A DNA stretch of 64,000 nucleotides from a virus (IMGVR_UViG_3300029305_002733:19602-83601); one strand, 5' to 3'; shown: positions 1-10,898, numbered from the stretch's first letter. Notes: a model not told the origin generated them from the sequence alone. Numbers and translations are program-made.

Positions 1-108
1 TGCGAATGCTTTTAATCCAAGTTTTTGTGCCTGTTCCATCATTTCTTTAGGACTTCCATATCCATCAAGTAATGAGTAATATGTATGATTATGTAATGAA
101 CTGTACAT
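1..108 (-). CDS. dnaE: DNA polymerase III alpha subunit, N-terminal fragment (runs off the window)
   Basis: Manual translation MYSSLHNHTYYSLLDGYGSPKEMMEQAQKLGLKAFA matches the PHP-domain start of DnaE; GAGG RBS upstream; follows recJ as yorL follows yorK in SPbeta. Confidence 0.85.
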   Translation of the reverse strand, partial: MYSSLHNHTYYSLLDGYGSPKEMMEQAQKLGLKAFA

Positions 109-123
109 TGTTACCTCCTAAAA

Positions 124-1923
124 CTACCAAGCTTCATCTTCATCTGTAATTTCCTCATCCCATTCAGAGGAACTTGTATTTGTTGTAGAAATAACATTGA
201 TATCTTCAATGGTAATCTGAGGAGTTCTGATACCGTTATATTCATTAATTGATGGTTTACCAACAATAGTGAATGTAATACTATCATTCTCATCCCATGC
301 GTCTTGAAGAAAATCATATAGTTTATTTCCTTCTTTACACTTGAACTGTATATATTTTATTTCGTTAAGTGTAAAACTAATTGTATCGGCATTACTGCCA
401 AATATCTCAAAACAATCCTTTGTTAATGTAATATTTTCAACTGCAATCATCGGCTCATCAAGACCTTGCCCAATAACATCTTCAAGTCCACCCAATTCCA
501 TAATTAAGCCAACAGTTACGTCTTCTGGATATAGAATAAAATCCACTGTATATGTAGAGTCATATTCAACATCTTTTAGCATATGATTTAACTCATTAAT
601 AGCTTCGTCCTTTTTATCTAAGTCAAGATTAATGCCAAAGGCATTAGCATGACCTCTACCCCAATTGAAAGCTGTACAACTGTTAATCACATCCTTCAAA
701 CTTTCTACCGGGCTATGATCAACATTTCTTGCACTACCACCATAGGTTGTTTTTCCAGTCTTTTTATCAAAAAACTGATTGAGTAAAATACATGGTTTAT
801 TAAACATCTCTGCTACTTTAATTGCAGTCACACCACTTAACCCGCTATCAAGTAGTTCAGTTGTATCAACAATAATAACCTTATCATCAAAAGGCATTTC
901 ATTTACAACTTCTGCAATTGCCGCTATACCTTTTTCTTTAGCTTTATCCTGTCTGCTCTTTGCATTTTTACAAAGTCTGGCAGCTCTATCATAAATGCTT
1001 TCCTGAATTACTTCCGCAGGCTTGTCTTTTGTTGCACGTTTCTTATATTCAAAAAATGCATCTTGTTCAATAAATGCTTTGAATAGCAATTCTTTTTCTT
1101 CACTAGAGCCAAAACGAATCATACCGTTTAAGATTGTCGTAATATACCACTGTACACCATGAATGTTAACCTTGCTCTTCATACTATAATCTTGAGCTGT
1201 AACAAGTGCTTGAAAACATTTGTTCTGTACATTAGACAACCCCGTATCAACAAAATATCTTGTCTCAAAGGCTTTCATATCCATAACATCACTGATATTT
1301 GCCAAAGCACATAAATCTAAATAATCATCTGCAAATTCGTTCCAGTTTTCTTCATCTAACGCTTGTAAGAAACGATATACAACACCGGCACCACATAAAT
1401 TCTTATTAAAATAATTAGCACTCATCTGGTTATTTACAATAAGAGCATAAGGATTATCTTCTTCTTTTTCATGATGGTCTAAAATTAAAATGTCTGTACC
1501 CTTCTCAGATAATTCTTTGCACTGTTCTGTATCATTTGTTCCAGCATCTGGAATAATGAGTAACTTAATATCTTCTGGAATAATTACATCTTCCGAAAGA
1601 CCATGCGCTTTTGCCTTACCATGTAAAATATATTCTACCGGGTAATTCTCATCCATTCTTTTAACATACAAATACATCATCGCTGCGGAGCAAAAGCCAT
1701 CAGGATCTTCGTCCACCAAGATACCAATTTTATTTTGTTCAGTGTAATGCTTCATGAACAATTCTACTGCCTCTTTGATATTATCTAATTTCTGATATGG
1801 AATTACCACATCATCGGAGAGGTTTAAATACTGTTCGTAGTCGTCTATACCACGGCAATCAAAGAACGATTTTATTGCCTCTGTGGTATCATTTTTTGAG
1901 TTCTTATATAATCTATATTTCAT
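124..1923 (-). CDS. recJ: RecJ-like ssDNA exonuclease (DHH family)
   Basis: DEDPDG, IIPDAG, ILDHH (DHH) and GGSAR/GHANAFG (DHHA1) motifs. Confidence 0.9.
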   Translation of the reverse strand: MKYRLYKNSKNDTTEAIKSFFDCRGIDDYEQYLNLSDDVVIPYQKLDNIKEAVELFMKHYTEQNKIGILVDEDPDGFCSAAMMYLYVKRMDENYPVEYILHGKAKAHGLSEDVIIPEDIKLLIIPDAGTNDTEQCKELSEKGTDILILDHHEKEEDNPYALIVNNQMSANYFNKNLCGAGVVYRFLQALDEENWNEFADDYLDLCALANISDVMDMKAFETRYFVDTGLSNVQNKCFQALVTAQDYSMKSKVNIHGVQWYITTILNGMIRFGSSEEKELLFKAFIEQDAFFEYKKRATKDKPAEVIQESIYDRAARLCKNAKSRQDKAKEKGIAAIAEVVNEMPFDDKVIIVDTTELLDSGLSGVTAIKVAEMFNKPCILLNQFFDKKTGKTTYGGSARNVDHSPVESLKDVINSCTAFNWGRGHANAFGINLDLDKKDEAINELNHMLKDVEYDSTYTVDFILYPEDVTVGLIMELGGLEDVIGQGLDEPMIAVENITLTKDCFEIFGSNADTISFTLNEIKYIQFKCKEGNKLYDFLQDAWDENDSITFTIVGKPSINEYNGIRTPQITIEDINVISTTNTSSSEWDEEITDEDEAW

Positions 1924-1926
1924 CTC

Positions 1927-2949
1927 TTACCTCAATTTATATATGTTATTATCAACTAATCGCTGCCATTTCATTGGATTATCAGAAGGAGATTCGTGGC
2001 CACTTAAAATATCATCTTCATCAAACATATACAACAATGGAACTCCCTCTGGAAATTTCTCAGCAATCTCTTCAATCTCTTCTTTTGTTACATCCTTGTC
2101 AAAACACAACACAATTTCTACTCCAAGACGAACTAACATATCAATTTGATGATGTGACAACTCCTTGCCGCCGGTACTACAACTATTCCGGTATCCATAT
2201 CCCCAAAGCTGAAGTGGGAATTTCTCAGATTCTCCAACGTAAACACGGCCAGTCGCTTTAATATAACTGATTGTTTTATATAGTCCGTATAAAATTCTTG
2301 ACTTTGCACATCGTTCTAAATAAATATATTTATTTTCTCCCTCTGGAACATCTCTGTGAAAATATCTTGCTTTGACACCAACTAAATCACCAAGTTCTGA
2401 TCTAATTGGAATGGTATATCTATTTGTTTCTTCATCAAACCCTATCTCAAATTCTCTCTGTGTTGAATAGTCGATGTTATCTTCATAAAACAAATCGTTG
2501 ACATATGGTTTGTAATAACTGAGAATCTGTTCACTAATTGGAATCAATGGTTTTTCTTTCTCTATATTAGAGTTACTATCCATGTCATCAAGTAGTTTCA
2601 AAATTTTAAAGCACTCAGGCATATCTTCTTCAAAATCATGGTAATATGACAATCCGATTTCCTGGCATATATATTTCAACCCTTCCGGGAATAATAATTT
2701 CTTTGTATAACAAACTAAATCAATTAAGTCTGTTGCTCTATTAGTTGAAACCATTTGTCTGGTATAATTTATTGCTGTAAGATATTCATTTTCATATACA
2801 CAAATTGCAGTTGCATTATCTCCATCTGCATTGGCACATTGCCAAAATCCGCTTCTATGTTTTATATGATGACAACCAATACTAACTAAAATTTGTTCGA
2901 TATAGTTGTTTTCATATATGTAGGTTTTAAATTCTCTAATATCAAGCAT
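1927..2949 (-). CDS. dnaG: DNA primase (DnaG/Toprim type)
   Basis: Toprim motifs VYVGESEK and LCFDKD; YTIPIRSELGDLVGVKAR; located between helicase and recJ. Confidence 0.85.
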   Translation of the reverse strand: MLDIREFKTYIYENNYIEQILVSIGCHHIKHRSGFWQCANADGDNATAICVYENEYLTAINYTRQMVSTNRATDLIDLVCYTKKLLFPEGLKYICQEIGLSYYHDFEEDMPECFKILKLLDDMDSNSNIEKEKPLIPISEQILSYYKPYVNDLFYEDNIDYSTQREFEIGFDEETNRYTIPIRSELGDLVGVKARYFHRDVPEGENKYIYLERCAKSRILYGLYKTISYIKATGRVYVGESEKFPLQLWGYGYRNSCSTGGKELSHHQIDMLVRLGVEIVLCFDKDVTKEEIEEIAEKFPEGVPLLYMFDEDDILSGHESPSDNPMKWQRLVDNNIYKLR

Positions 2950-3037
2950 TTTCTACTACCTCTAGAGAAACAATAAAAGGTATGAAATTATTCACTATAT
3001 AATTGTTCATAGTCATATAACTTCATACCTCCTCGCA

Positions 3038-4579
3038 TCAATCTTTTTCTTTCTGCTTTCGAATAATGTAACCAACATTAATCCATAAGTTGTAATTCAA
3101 TTCAATTTCGAAAGCCATAATCTTATCCTTATCGCCAGATCTATTTTTATCTGCTTTGATAGCAAAATACTGCTTATTATAATCCAAATCTTCTACAACT
3201 GGGTCTCCCCATGATTCGTTTTCAAGTACAATCTGGTATTTATGATATTCATCCTTGGATATCTTCTTACCAAGTGTAAGAGCATCTGTTACATGCTTCA
3301 TACCTTTTGCACCGGCAATATTATTACTACTTAAACTAAAAACATCTGTGAACACAGTATCATCTGTTAACTGGAATACAATAAACCCTGACATTCCAAG
3401 TTCCTTTGTCAACTCCTTTAGTCTTGTTGCAGACTGTTTAATGGTACTCCATTCTTCAGAACGATATCCTTTTAAGGTATCATATCCGTAATAGATAACA
3501 TTTGATGTGGCTCTGTATTTTCGAAGTTCAAACTCCAATCTACTGTCACTATAGTCGTCACCAACATCTTTAAACAGTAACTTGCCATTATCATGTTCAT
3601 CTATCCAATTACCAACTTTTACAACATCCCAATACTCATCAGAATTATCTTGAATTCGCTGTAAGAACTGGTCTTTAGTTTCAATATAATTACCTTCTTC
3701 GTCAATCTTTCTACGAATTAACTCTCCAGTCTTATCTCTGTATACGCCAAGAATAATTTCTTTTTCCGGTTTCATTAACGTGACACCATGTAACTCTTTG
3801 AACTCAGGATTATTTAATACTGTCGTAATAAGACAACTCCGAAGCTTTTTCTCACTCATTTCGTTACTCATTAACAAGAAGCTCTTGTTCTGTACTAACG
3901 TTACATACGCCGCCAGCTTCATAAGTTTACGAGTTTTACCTTCGTTACTTAAAAACCCTTCGAGAATAATATCTTCTTGAGTTAACCCTAAGAACATCTC
4001 GTTGTATAAATACCAAGGAGTTAACAATCCCATTAAAGGTACATCAATATATGAATTGATTGCATCCGAATTGTTTTTTGTAAGTTCTACCGCTTCATCA
4101 CCTGCGTTAATAACAGTGTTAATCTTATCTGCTTTCACACGAATAATGCGATAAATATCATTTGCCGTTAATGAATCAAACTTCTTATGTTTCAGAATCT
4201 TGTCTACTGGGAATCCATTTCTTTCATACTCTCGTAACAAGGAATACTTTTTTATTAACTGAAAATAGTTCTCAACATCGCTTACATCTGCCAAGGAAAT
4301 AAATCGCTGGATGGTCTTCCATCCCTTATATTGCTTATATTCTTGCAAGCGTTCCTCATTCTGACTCATAAACACATTCATCTTCTTCTCATCAATTGTC
4401 TGAGAAAATGTGAGATAATATGTTTCTAAGCTGTCATACAAAAATCTTGTAACAGGGTCTGCAAAGTCATATTTGCTTCGCATGAAATTGCCATAACTGA
4501 TATACAAATCCGGTTCACTGTATAATGCACCAATAAAGCACATCTCGGCCTGTATATTATTTGTTTTAATATCTTCCAA
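3038..4579 (-). CDS. Replicative DNA helicase (DnaB-like, SPbeta YorI type)
   Basis: N-terminal AEMCFIGALY, Walker A variant GFLSNEGKT, SNEM, YDTLK, QL, DKNRSG motifs. Confidence 0.85.
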   Translation of the reverse strand: MEDIKTNNIQAEMCFIGALYSEPDLYISYGNFMRSKYDFADPVTRFLYDSLETYYLTFSQTIDEKKMNVFMSQNEERLQEYKQYKGWKTIQRFISLADVSDVENYFQLIKKYSLLREYERNGFPVDKILKHKKFDSLTANDIYRIIRVKADKINTVINAGDEAVELTKNNSDAINSYIDVPLMGLLTPWYLYNEMFLGLTQEDIILEGFLSNEGKTRKLMKLAAYVTLVQNKSFLLMSNEMSEKKLRSCLITTVLNNPEFKELHGVTLMKPEKEIILGVYRDKTGELIRRKIDEEGNYIETKDQFLQRIQDNSDEYWDVVKVGNWIDEHDNGKLLFKDVGDDYSDSRLEFELRKYRATSNVIYYGYDTLKGYRSEEWSTIKQSATRLKELTKELGMSGFIVFQLTDDTVFTDVFSLSSNNIAGAKGMKHVTDALTLGKKISKDEYHKYQIVLENESWGDPVVEDLDYNKQYFAIKADKNRSGDKDKIMAFEIELNYNLWINVGYIIRKQKEKD

Positions 4580-4591
4580 TCTGATTCACTC

Positions 4592-5281
4592 CTAGTCTTC
4601 AAATATGTCATCAACCAAATCAGACATATCATCATTCTTTTGTTGTAAGCTTCCCTCACTCGCTTTTACACTAATGACGCTTACGCTTATCTCGGTCTTT
4701 CTATCCTCGATGGCTTTTTTATTTTCTGCTTCAATAATTTTCTGCTTCTCAAGCCATTTTAAATAACTGTCATATTTGTTAACCAAGATTGTTAAATCAT
4801 AATTTAATCGTTGCTCTGCCGACATGGACTTTCCTCTAGTTCGATTCTTATCAGCAGTTGCATTCAACATATCAATTTTTCTTTCCCACATATCTAACAA
4901 ATGATGTGGTGGAATACCCTCACTCATCCCTTTGAATGTACCGGCATAAATATTTCCTATTTTCTGCCACACTGTACTTGGAATAATTGTGATATCATAT
5001 TCAACTTTAATAAATTCAAAAATCTCTTCTTTAACAATTGCTGTGTTAAAATGTTCGAAACTTTCTTGCTTAAGTGAATCTAAATTGTTTAAGATTCTAG
5101 TCCATCGTTGAGCAATATCCTTTCGATTACCATTTATTCGCTTTTCACATAAGCTGATAAAGCAACTACTATGATAGGTTTTTTTATCATAGTAGATTGC
5201 ATTATCAATATTTTTTTTACCTATGTAGAACTCATTCCCACAGCAACCACATTTTCTTTTAATCTGACTGCCATTCCTCAT
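4592..5281 (-). CDS. Hypothetical replication-block protein with N-terminal Cys/His cluster (YorH-like position)
   Basis: CGCC...HSSC motif; lies between the AAA ATPase and the helicase. Confidence 0.6.
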   Translation of the reverse strand: MRNGSQIKRKCGCCGNEFYIGKKNIDNAIYYDKKTYHSSCFISLCEKRINGNRKDIAQRWTRILNNLDSLKQESFEHFNTAIVKEEIFEFIKVEYDITIIPSTVWQKIGNIYAGTFKGMSEGIPPHHLLDMWERKIDMLNATADKNRTRGKSMSAEQRLNYDLTILVNKYDSYLKWLEKQKIIEAENKKAIEDRKTEISVSVISVKASEGSLQQKNDDMSDLVDDIFED

Positions 5282-5296
5282 AGGTCACTCCTTATA

Positions 5297-6451
5297 TTAG
5301 GCGAACATATCTAATACTTGCTGAAGAATAGCTGCGTCAGTAACATTCTTGTAAGAGGTTGGTAAACCAGCGGATTCTAACTTTTCTTTCATATTCTTCT
5401 TATCAAGTGGAGATAAAGCGTTTCTCTTAGCTACAATTTCCTTCTTCATTTCCTCAATATCAGAAGTAGAATCAGTTGTTTCAGAAGATGTAGTAGTTGT
5501 TGTTTCAGACTTACCAAGAATTTCCTTGCTGTAAATATCCTGTTCAATATCTACTGCCTTAGTTAAGTCGTTCTTAACTACAAACTGCTTCTTGTCAGCA
5601 GTCTTATCAATTACTGCCTGCCAATCAACCAACGTTGGATCTTCGAGAATTACATTATCCTCATGTACATGGGTTCTGTCCTTTTCAACATGGCCACATA
5701 CAATACCGTCTTCATTTCTAAACATACGGATAACAGTCTTTGCATTATAAGACATACCCTTGAAACCATCCGGCTGCTTTCTACCAGTTACAACACTTGT
5801 TGTACTTCCATCGGCCTGTTTAACAGATACTTTTTCATCTGTTTCTCTTGCTGTTGCAATGTAATGAACACCAGATGCCATAAGGTCAAGAATTAAATCC
5901 TGTCCCTTAAAGTTGATTACCTGATAGTCCTTAAGCTCTAATCCGGAGCCTTCAACCTTTACTAATCTTGCTTCACCAACAAGACCATCCTTATCTGCCT
6001 TAACCTTGTTTCTCTTCTTAGAGAACTCGATTAATCCCTGCTTAGTTGTCAGATTTAAAATACTTGTACCATCTACAACAATTGCATCTGCTCTAAATGG
6101 TTCGCCGTCTGCATCTAACACAACATCTGTTGTTTCTTCACCATCTTCATCGAGTTCATAAAAATCTTCGTTATTCTTAACCTTTGCAATATACTGTCTT
6201 ACTTCACCGAGAGACTGTGTATAAACAATATAAATATTATTAAGATCAACTCCATTTGCTTCTAACTCTGGAAGATAATCATCAATGGAACCAGTTTCTG
6301 GGTCAATATATAATACTCTGAATGGCTTACCATCCGGTCTCTTAAAGTACGCCAACTGCATAGCCATAGTAGACTTACCAGTAAACTGTTCGCCATATAA
6401 AATCATTCCTAATTTACTCTGTGTAACTGAGGCTCTTCTTGCCTTTGCCAT
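5297..6451 (-). CDS. AAA-family ATPase (AAA_24/Sak4-like, YorG type)
   Basis: Walker A GEQFTGKS, YIDPETGS, Walker B IVVDG. Confidence 0.75.
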   Translation of the reverse strand: MAKARRASVTQSKLGMILYGEQFTGKSTMAMQLAYFKRPDGKPFRVLYIDPETGSIDDYLPELEANGVDLNNIYIVYTQSLGEVRQYIAKVKNNEDFYELDEDGEETTDVVLDADGEPFRADAIVVDGTSILNLTTKQGLIEFSKKRNKVKADKDGLVGEARLVKVEGSGLELKDYQVINFKGQDLILDLMASGVHYIATARETDEKVSVKQADGSTTSVVTGRKQPDGFKGMSYNAKTVIRMFRNEDGIVCGHVEKDRTHVHEDNVILEDPTLVDWQAVIDKTADKKQFVVKNDLTKAVDIEQDIYSKEILGKSETTTTTSSETTDSTSDIEEMKKEIVAKRNALSPLDKKNMKEKLESAGLPTSYKNVTDAAILQQVLDMFA

Positions 6452-6476
6452 AATCTATTCCTCCGTCTCTATTGAA

Positions 6477-7553
6477 TTAATCCCATGCTTCATCGTCATC
6501 ATCGTCGCCAGAAAGATCTGCATCGCCCCAACCACTGTCAGAGTCATTACCAAAATCATTTTCTGCCTTATTAGCCTTTGCAATCTGCATAAGAGCTGTT
6601 TCAATCTTTTCTTCTGTATAAACTTCCTTGTCAATAGAAGAACCTTTGGCTCCTGTGATGATAAACTCACGCTTTACTGGTGCAGATACTCTTTCCATAG
6701 CATCTTCTTCACCCCAGTTATCATCATCGTCACTTGCTACAGTTTCAACCTGTGCGGAAGATACCATGTGACCATTAACCTTGATTGCATAATATGGCTT
6801 TAAGGACTTCTTAAACTTTGTTGCTAAATCCTTATTTTCAATAATGAATTCAACATCTTCAATTGTGCTATAAGTTACAATCTTTGCGGCAACAATGAAT
6901 CTACCAGTTGGCTTATCATCAACCCTTTCCTGGTCAATGCCCATAAAGATGATTACCTGATTAAAATCATTCTGCTGAGTAAACTTTTCATCATCAAACT
7001 CAACGTCTGCACAAAGAGATACCTGATTAGGAATTAACTTTGTAGATGTTCTCTTATTACCCTTATCATCTGCAAAACTACTGTAATCAAGAGTTCCCTT
7101 GATAAATACGCTTGCTCCATCCTTTAAGTTATCCTTAATTTCCTTACAAGCATCAAAGTCAGTTAATACCTTCTTATCGTTTACTGCCTTACCGGTTTCA
7201 TCAATCTTCTTCTTAACACCGATGTTCTTACCAATAAGTCTGAAGCCTTCACGATTGTATGTGAATCTGTCAGCCCAAGGAACCTTAACTGTCTCACCCT
7301 TCTGTCCTTTTTCTTCTGCTCTCTTAGAGAAGTAAACACTTTCCTGTTCCATGCCCTGAAGATTTGCATAAAGAGTACCAGTACCATCGTAACAAACGCC
7401 AAAGTTTAAAATTCTCATGTCCTTGTTACTCTTAGTCTTAATTTCCTTAAGCGCACCTTCCTTTTCCATGCCACTTACGACACCCTTTAACTGGAAAGAA
7501 CCCTTTGTTTCTGGTAAATCAAATAATCTACCCTTCTTCTTTGTTTCTGCCAT
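6477..7553 (-). CDS. Putative phage ssDNA-binding protein (YorF type)
   Basis: OB-fold-like beta-rich sequence, acidic tail ending DDDDDEAWD, first gene of the replication block. Confidence 0.65.
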   Translation of the reverse strand: MAETKKKGRLFDLPETKGSFQLKGVVSGMEKEGALKEIKTKSNKDMRILNFGVCYDGTGTLYANLQGMEQESVYFSKRAEEKGQKGETVKVPWADRFTYNREGFRLIGKNIGVKKKIDETGKAVNDKKVLTDFDACKEIKDNLKDGASVFIKGTLDYSSFADDKGNKRTSTKLIPNQVSLCADVEFDDEKFTQQNDFNQVIIFMGIDQERVDDKPTGRFIVAAKIVTYSTIEDVEFIIENKDLATKFKKSLKPYYAIKVNGHMVSSAQVETVASDDDDNWGEEDAMERVSAPVKREFIITGAKGSSIDKEVYTEEKIETALMQIAKANKAENDFGNDSDSGWGDADLSGDDDDDEAWD

Positions 7554-7628
7554 TTTATATATTCCTTTCTTTTAATAAAATATTGTTTTCATTTAATTAT
7601 GCGTAGTTTGAATAATTAAAAAAATTAT

Positions 7629-7832
7629 TTACTCATAATATCTTGGATCAAAATTTACATTCTGTTCCGCTTCATACTTGACTGGCTGCCAACAACCACA
7701 ATTTGGACACTGTGCTAACTTTGTTGGCGTGTATCCCTGATAATCCCATTTACATTCTTCGTTGAAGTATACAAAATTCACTCTGCAACGAAGACACTGA
7801 CGGTTATGTTTCTTGTTCTCTTCCATCCACAC
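7629..7832 (-). CDS. Small Zn-ribbon protein
   Basis: CLRC...CPNC; RBS AAGGAG upstream. Confidence 0.6.
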   Translation of the reverse strand: MWMEENKKHNRQCLRCRVNFVYFNEECKWDYQGYTPTKLAQCPNCGCWQPVKYEAEQNVNFDPRYYE

Positions 7833-7870
7833 TTGTCACTCCTTTCTGCCACGATGCCACACTTATTAGT

Positions 7871-9076
7871 CTAGGAGTGCTTTAAAAGATACTGGCGAGA
7901 AACGTTTTTGAAACTTTGAGTTCCATCCTTGGAACGAAATACAAAACCTTCTCTTGGAACATCTGTTATAGCTGAAAGTCCGTCCGCCATCATTTTTAAA
8001 GTTTCCATGTCTTTTGGTAAATAAAAGTTTGTATCAATAATTGCCACAAATGGGATATCATACTTAGCTAAAATAGCTCTTGCTTCCGTTGATCCTAATC
8101 TCTGACCATTGATAATTAAGTTAAATGCTGCAAAACGTCTTTCATTTAACTTATAAGGATTACCCTGTAAAGATTCGCCGTAAGTCTCGCCTTGTAATAC
8201 TACTCTGTCTGCATTATGTGTCTTTGCAATATCTTGCAGAGCCGTTTCAATATTGTACTTGCCAGCCATCTCCCAGTACACATTGCCACAGGTATGATAA
8301 CACTCTTGGTCTACATCCAACTGTCTCACATTTCGTGAACAAACAATGAATTCTCCCTTTTTCGTTTTTGTAAAATCAAGAGCATATGTACTTGATGTAC
8401 CATCCACCTTTTCAGTGACAATCCATGGTTCTGTACTTTCCAGATACCAAGGAGCATTTTCAATCCGAGTTTCGTCTGTTTTGACAATCCAATCCGGAAA
8501 TGCCTTTGGCTTATCTTTCTTTCTACCAAAGAAAAAGAATAATAATTTTCTTCCCCATGGTCGTTTCATTAACCATCTAAATGGTTTCTTCTTAAATAAA
8601 TTCTTGTGTCTTGCTGCCATAGAATTATACTTCGCATTAGGATCTCCGTTATTAGATTTACGGATATTATCCTCTGCCACATAGTAAGTGACACCAAGTA
8701 AATCAGTTACATCTGTGCCAATTTCCCATTCCTTACTTTGAAGTTCCGGAATAACTGATACCGGCAATGCTAATCCCTGGCTGATGCAATTAAATTTTCC
8801 TAGCTTCATTGTTTTTACCTTGAAGCTCTTTGGTCTCATAAATTCTGACCATTCTTTTTCAGGCAGCTTTGAATCAATTTCGAAATAAACTGCGGGTTCT
8901 CCTACTTTAAACTCACCTTTCTTGGCAATACACACCCAACCAAGAACTCCTATGAGTTCAATATTATCCGCGCCTTCAATCGGCTTGATCCAAGCTATCT
9001 GTTCAATGTGAGCTAATGCTCTTTCGCTTGTCCCTCGGACGGTGTTTTGTGTAACTTTATTTTCTTTCTTCATCAT
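7871..9076 (-). CDS. ATP-dependent RNA ligase (DRB0094/Rnl2-like) with N-terminal OB-like domain
   Basis: Nucleotidyltransferase motifs TEKVDGTS, LQGETYG, FAAFNL, REGFVFR, FKNVS; N-terminal IKPIEGADNIE...YFEIDSKLP typical of the DRB0094 family. Confidence 0.9.
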   Translation of the reverse strand: MMKKENKVTQNTVRGTSERALAHIEQIAWIKPIEGADNIELIGVLGWVCIAKKGEFKVGEPAVYFEIDSKLPEKEWSEFMRPKSFKVKTMKLGKFNCISQGLALPVSVIPELQSKEWEIGTDVTDLLGVTYYVAEDNIRKSNNGDPNAKYNSMAARHKNLFKKKPFRWLMKRPWGRKLLFFFFGRKKDKPKAFPDWIVKTDETRIENAPWYLESTEPWIVTEKVDGTSSTYALDFTKTKKGEFIVCSRNVRQLDVDQECYHTCGNVYWEMAGKYNIETALQDIAKTHNADRVVLQGETYGESLQGNPYKLNERRFAAFNLIINGQRLGSTEARAILAKYDIPFVAIIDTNFYLPKDMETLKMMADGLSAITDVPREGFVFRSKDGTQSFKNVSRQYLLKHS

Positions 9077-9121
9077 AATTTTTTATAAGAAGTCATGCAC
9101 TGCGCATATGCACGACTTAAT

Positions 9122-9187
9122 TGGCATGCATGAGACTCGAACTCACATTTCCGATATCATAGTTACTCCATTCACTACTACCATGCC
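9122..9187 (-). ncRNA. tRNA-like RNA lacking a recognisable anticodon arm
   Basis: Acceptor GGCATGG/GCATGCC+A, T-arm GTGAG-TTCGAGT-CTCAT, D-like loop with GG; only 66 nt. Confidence 0.55.
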
Positions 9188-9212
9188 AAGAGAACTCAAT
9201 CAAAATTCTCTT

Positions 9213-10898
9213 TTATTTTCTAAATGTAAACTGATTTGTCAGTTCACTTAAAGATACAGATTGTGCTGATAACTCTTCACTTACTGCGGAAGTTTCCTCT
9301 GCTGTAGCAGAATTGCTCTCTACTACTGCTGAAATCTGTTCAACATTTGTTTCAATTTCTTTAATCATATCTGTCTGCGTCATAAATGCTTTCGCCATAT
9401 TACTAGCAGTTACTTCAAAATGTTCCATGTCTGCAATGGTCTGTTCCATAATCTTAGTTGTATTCTCTACAATCTTATTACCATTCTGAATTTCCTGAAG
9501 CGACTTATTGATTAAGTCTTTTGTCTTTACTGCTGACTTTGCACTATCTGCGGCAAGCTTACCAATCTGATCAGCTACAACAGCAAATCCACGTCCAGCT
9601 TCACCAGCTCTTGCTGCTTCAATCGAAGCGTTTAAGGATAAGAGGTTCGTCTGAGAAGCAATGTCTTCAATGTCTGCGATAATATCTTCAATTTCTTTAG
9701 AAGTATCAGTAATTCGTGTCATCGCATTAGTTAACTCAGATGCTTCAACCTTACCTTGTTCTGCCGCAAGTACCGCTGTCTTTACATTATTAACTGTATC
9801 TGTTGCTCTGTTTGTACTTTCTACAGAAATATTTGTAATATTTTCAATCGTTGTAGATAAGCCCTTAATGGCATTTGCCTGCTCAGTAGCACCTTCAGCA
9901 ATTTCTTGTGCTCCATGTGCCAACTGCTCTGCACCGGTAGATACCTGATGCACTACCCGATTAATATTATTTAATGTCTCACTCTGATTTTCTGCCGTTA
10001 CTTTTACATCATTGATAATCTTCTTAAATGCACCAACATATAATGCTTCATTCTTAGAATTTACATTAAAGTTGCCATTCTTCAATTCATCAAGAACATA
10101 AGATAAATCAACAATAATTGCCTTTAACATATCACATGTTCTTCGGAAAGAATTTGCTAAATCTCCAAGTTCGTCAACAGCTTCGTATTTAATCTCAACA
10201 TCTAAGTTGCCTAATGTTAATTGTTCTGCAACACCTTTAATCTCTTCTACTGGATTTTTTACCATTTCAATTAAGATGTTCACAGCTCTAACAGTAATAA
10301 TGATACAGGAAATCAACATGGCAAATAAGAATAACGTACTTGCAATAGTTGTATTACGTGCCATTCTATATTCGTTTGCCGCATCTGCTTCTGCTTCATG
10401 GCCAATATCATCTAATAATGTTTGTAATTCATTAACAACGACTTCATAATCACCTACATATAACATAATTCCGCCAACTTTATCACCGGCATCTACATAA
10501 TTAATAATTTGTTGATGCATAGTTAAGAAGCTTTCCCATAATTTATCAAGCTCTTTAAGCTGACTTTTGTTATGATATTTTTCATTTAACTTCACAATAT
10601 TCTCTTCGATGTTTTCAATTGCTGTCGCAACCATTCTCATATGTTCTTCAATCTGAACTGGGTCACTTACAGATACCGCCCATAACATATGCTTACCTGC
10701 GTACTGTAAGTCTTTTCTCATTTCCAACTGAATAACCGAACTGGTATACGATTCGTTGTAGAATGTTTTAAATTGTTTTGCTGAAATTGTAGAACCTAAA
10801 ACATTCATAAAAAGAGCAAAAGTAAATACGAAAATAATAATGTTCATTACTGTTTTAATTTTCTTACCAACCGTTAGCTTTTGTAAATGCTTTTTCAT
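9213..10898 (-). CDS. mcp: Methyl-accepting chemotaxis protein (TM-4HB sensor-TM-HAMP-signalling domain)
   Basis: Conserved hairpin tip [37 protein letters not shown]; two TM segments; HAMP ([22 protein letters not shown]). Confidence 0.95.
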   Translation of the reverse strand: MKKHLQKLTVGKKIKTVMNIIIFVFTFALFMNVLGSTISAKQFKTFYNESYTSSVIQLEMRKDLQYAGKHMLWAVSVSDPVQIEEHMRMVATAIENIEENIVKLNEKYHNKSQLKELDKLWESFLTMHQQIINYVDAGDKVGGIMLYVGDYEVVVNELQTLLDDIGHEAEADAANEYRMARNTTIASTLFLFAMLISCIIITVRAVNILIEMVKNPVEEIKGVAEQLTLGNLDVEIKYEAVDELGDLANSFRRTCDMLKAIIVDLSYVLDELKNGNFNVNSKNEALYVGAFKKIINDVKVTAENQSETLNNINRVVHQVSTGAEQLAHGAQEIAEGATEQANAIKGLSTTIENITNISVESTNRATDTVNNVKTAVLAAEQGKVEASELTNAMTRITDTSKEIEDIIADIEDIASQTNLLSLNASIEAARAGEAGRGFAVVADQIGKLAADSAKSAVKTKDLINKSLQEIQNGNKIVENTTKIMEQTIADMEHFEVTASNMAKAFMTQTDMIKEIETNVEQISAVVESNSATAEETSAVSEELSAQSVSLSELTNQFTFRK

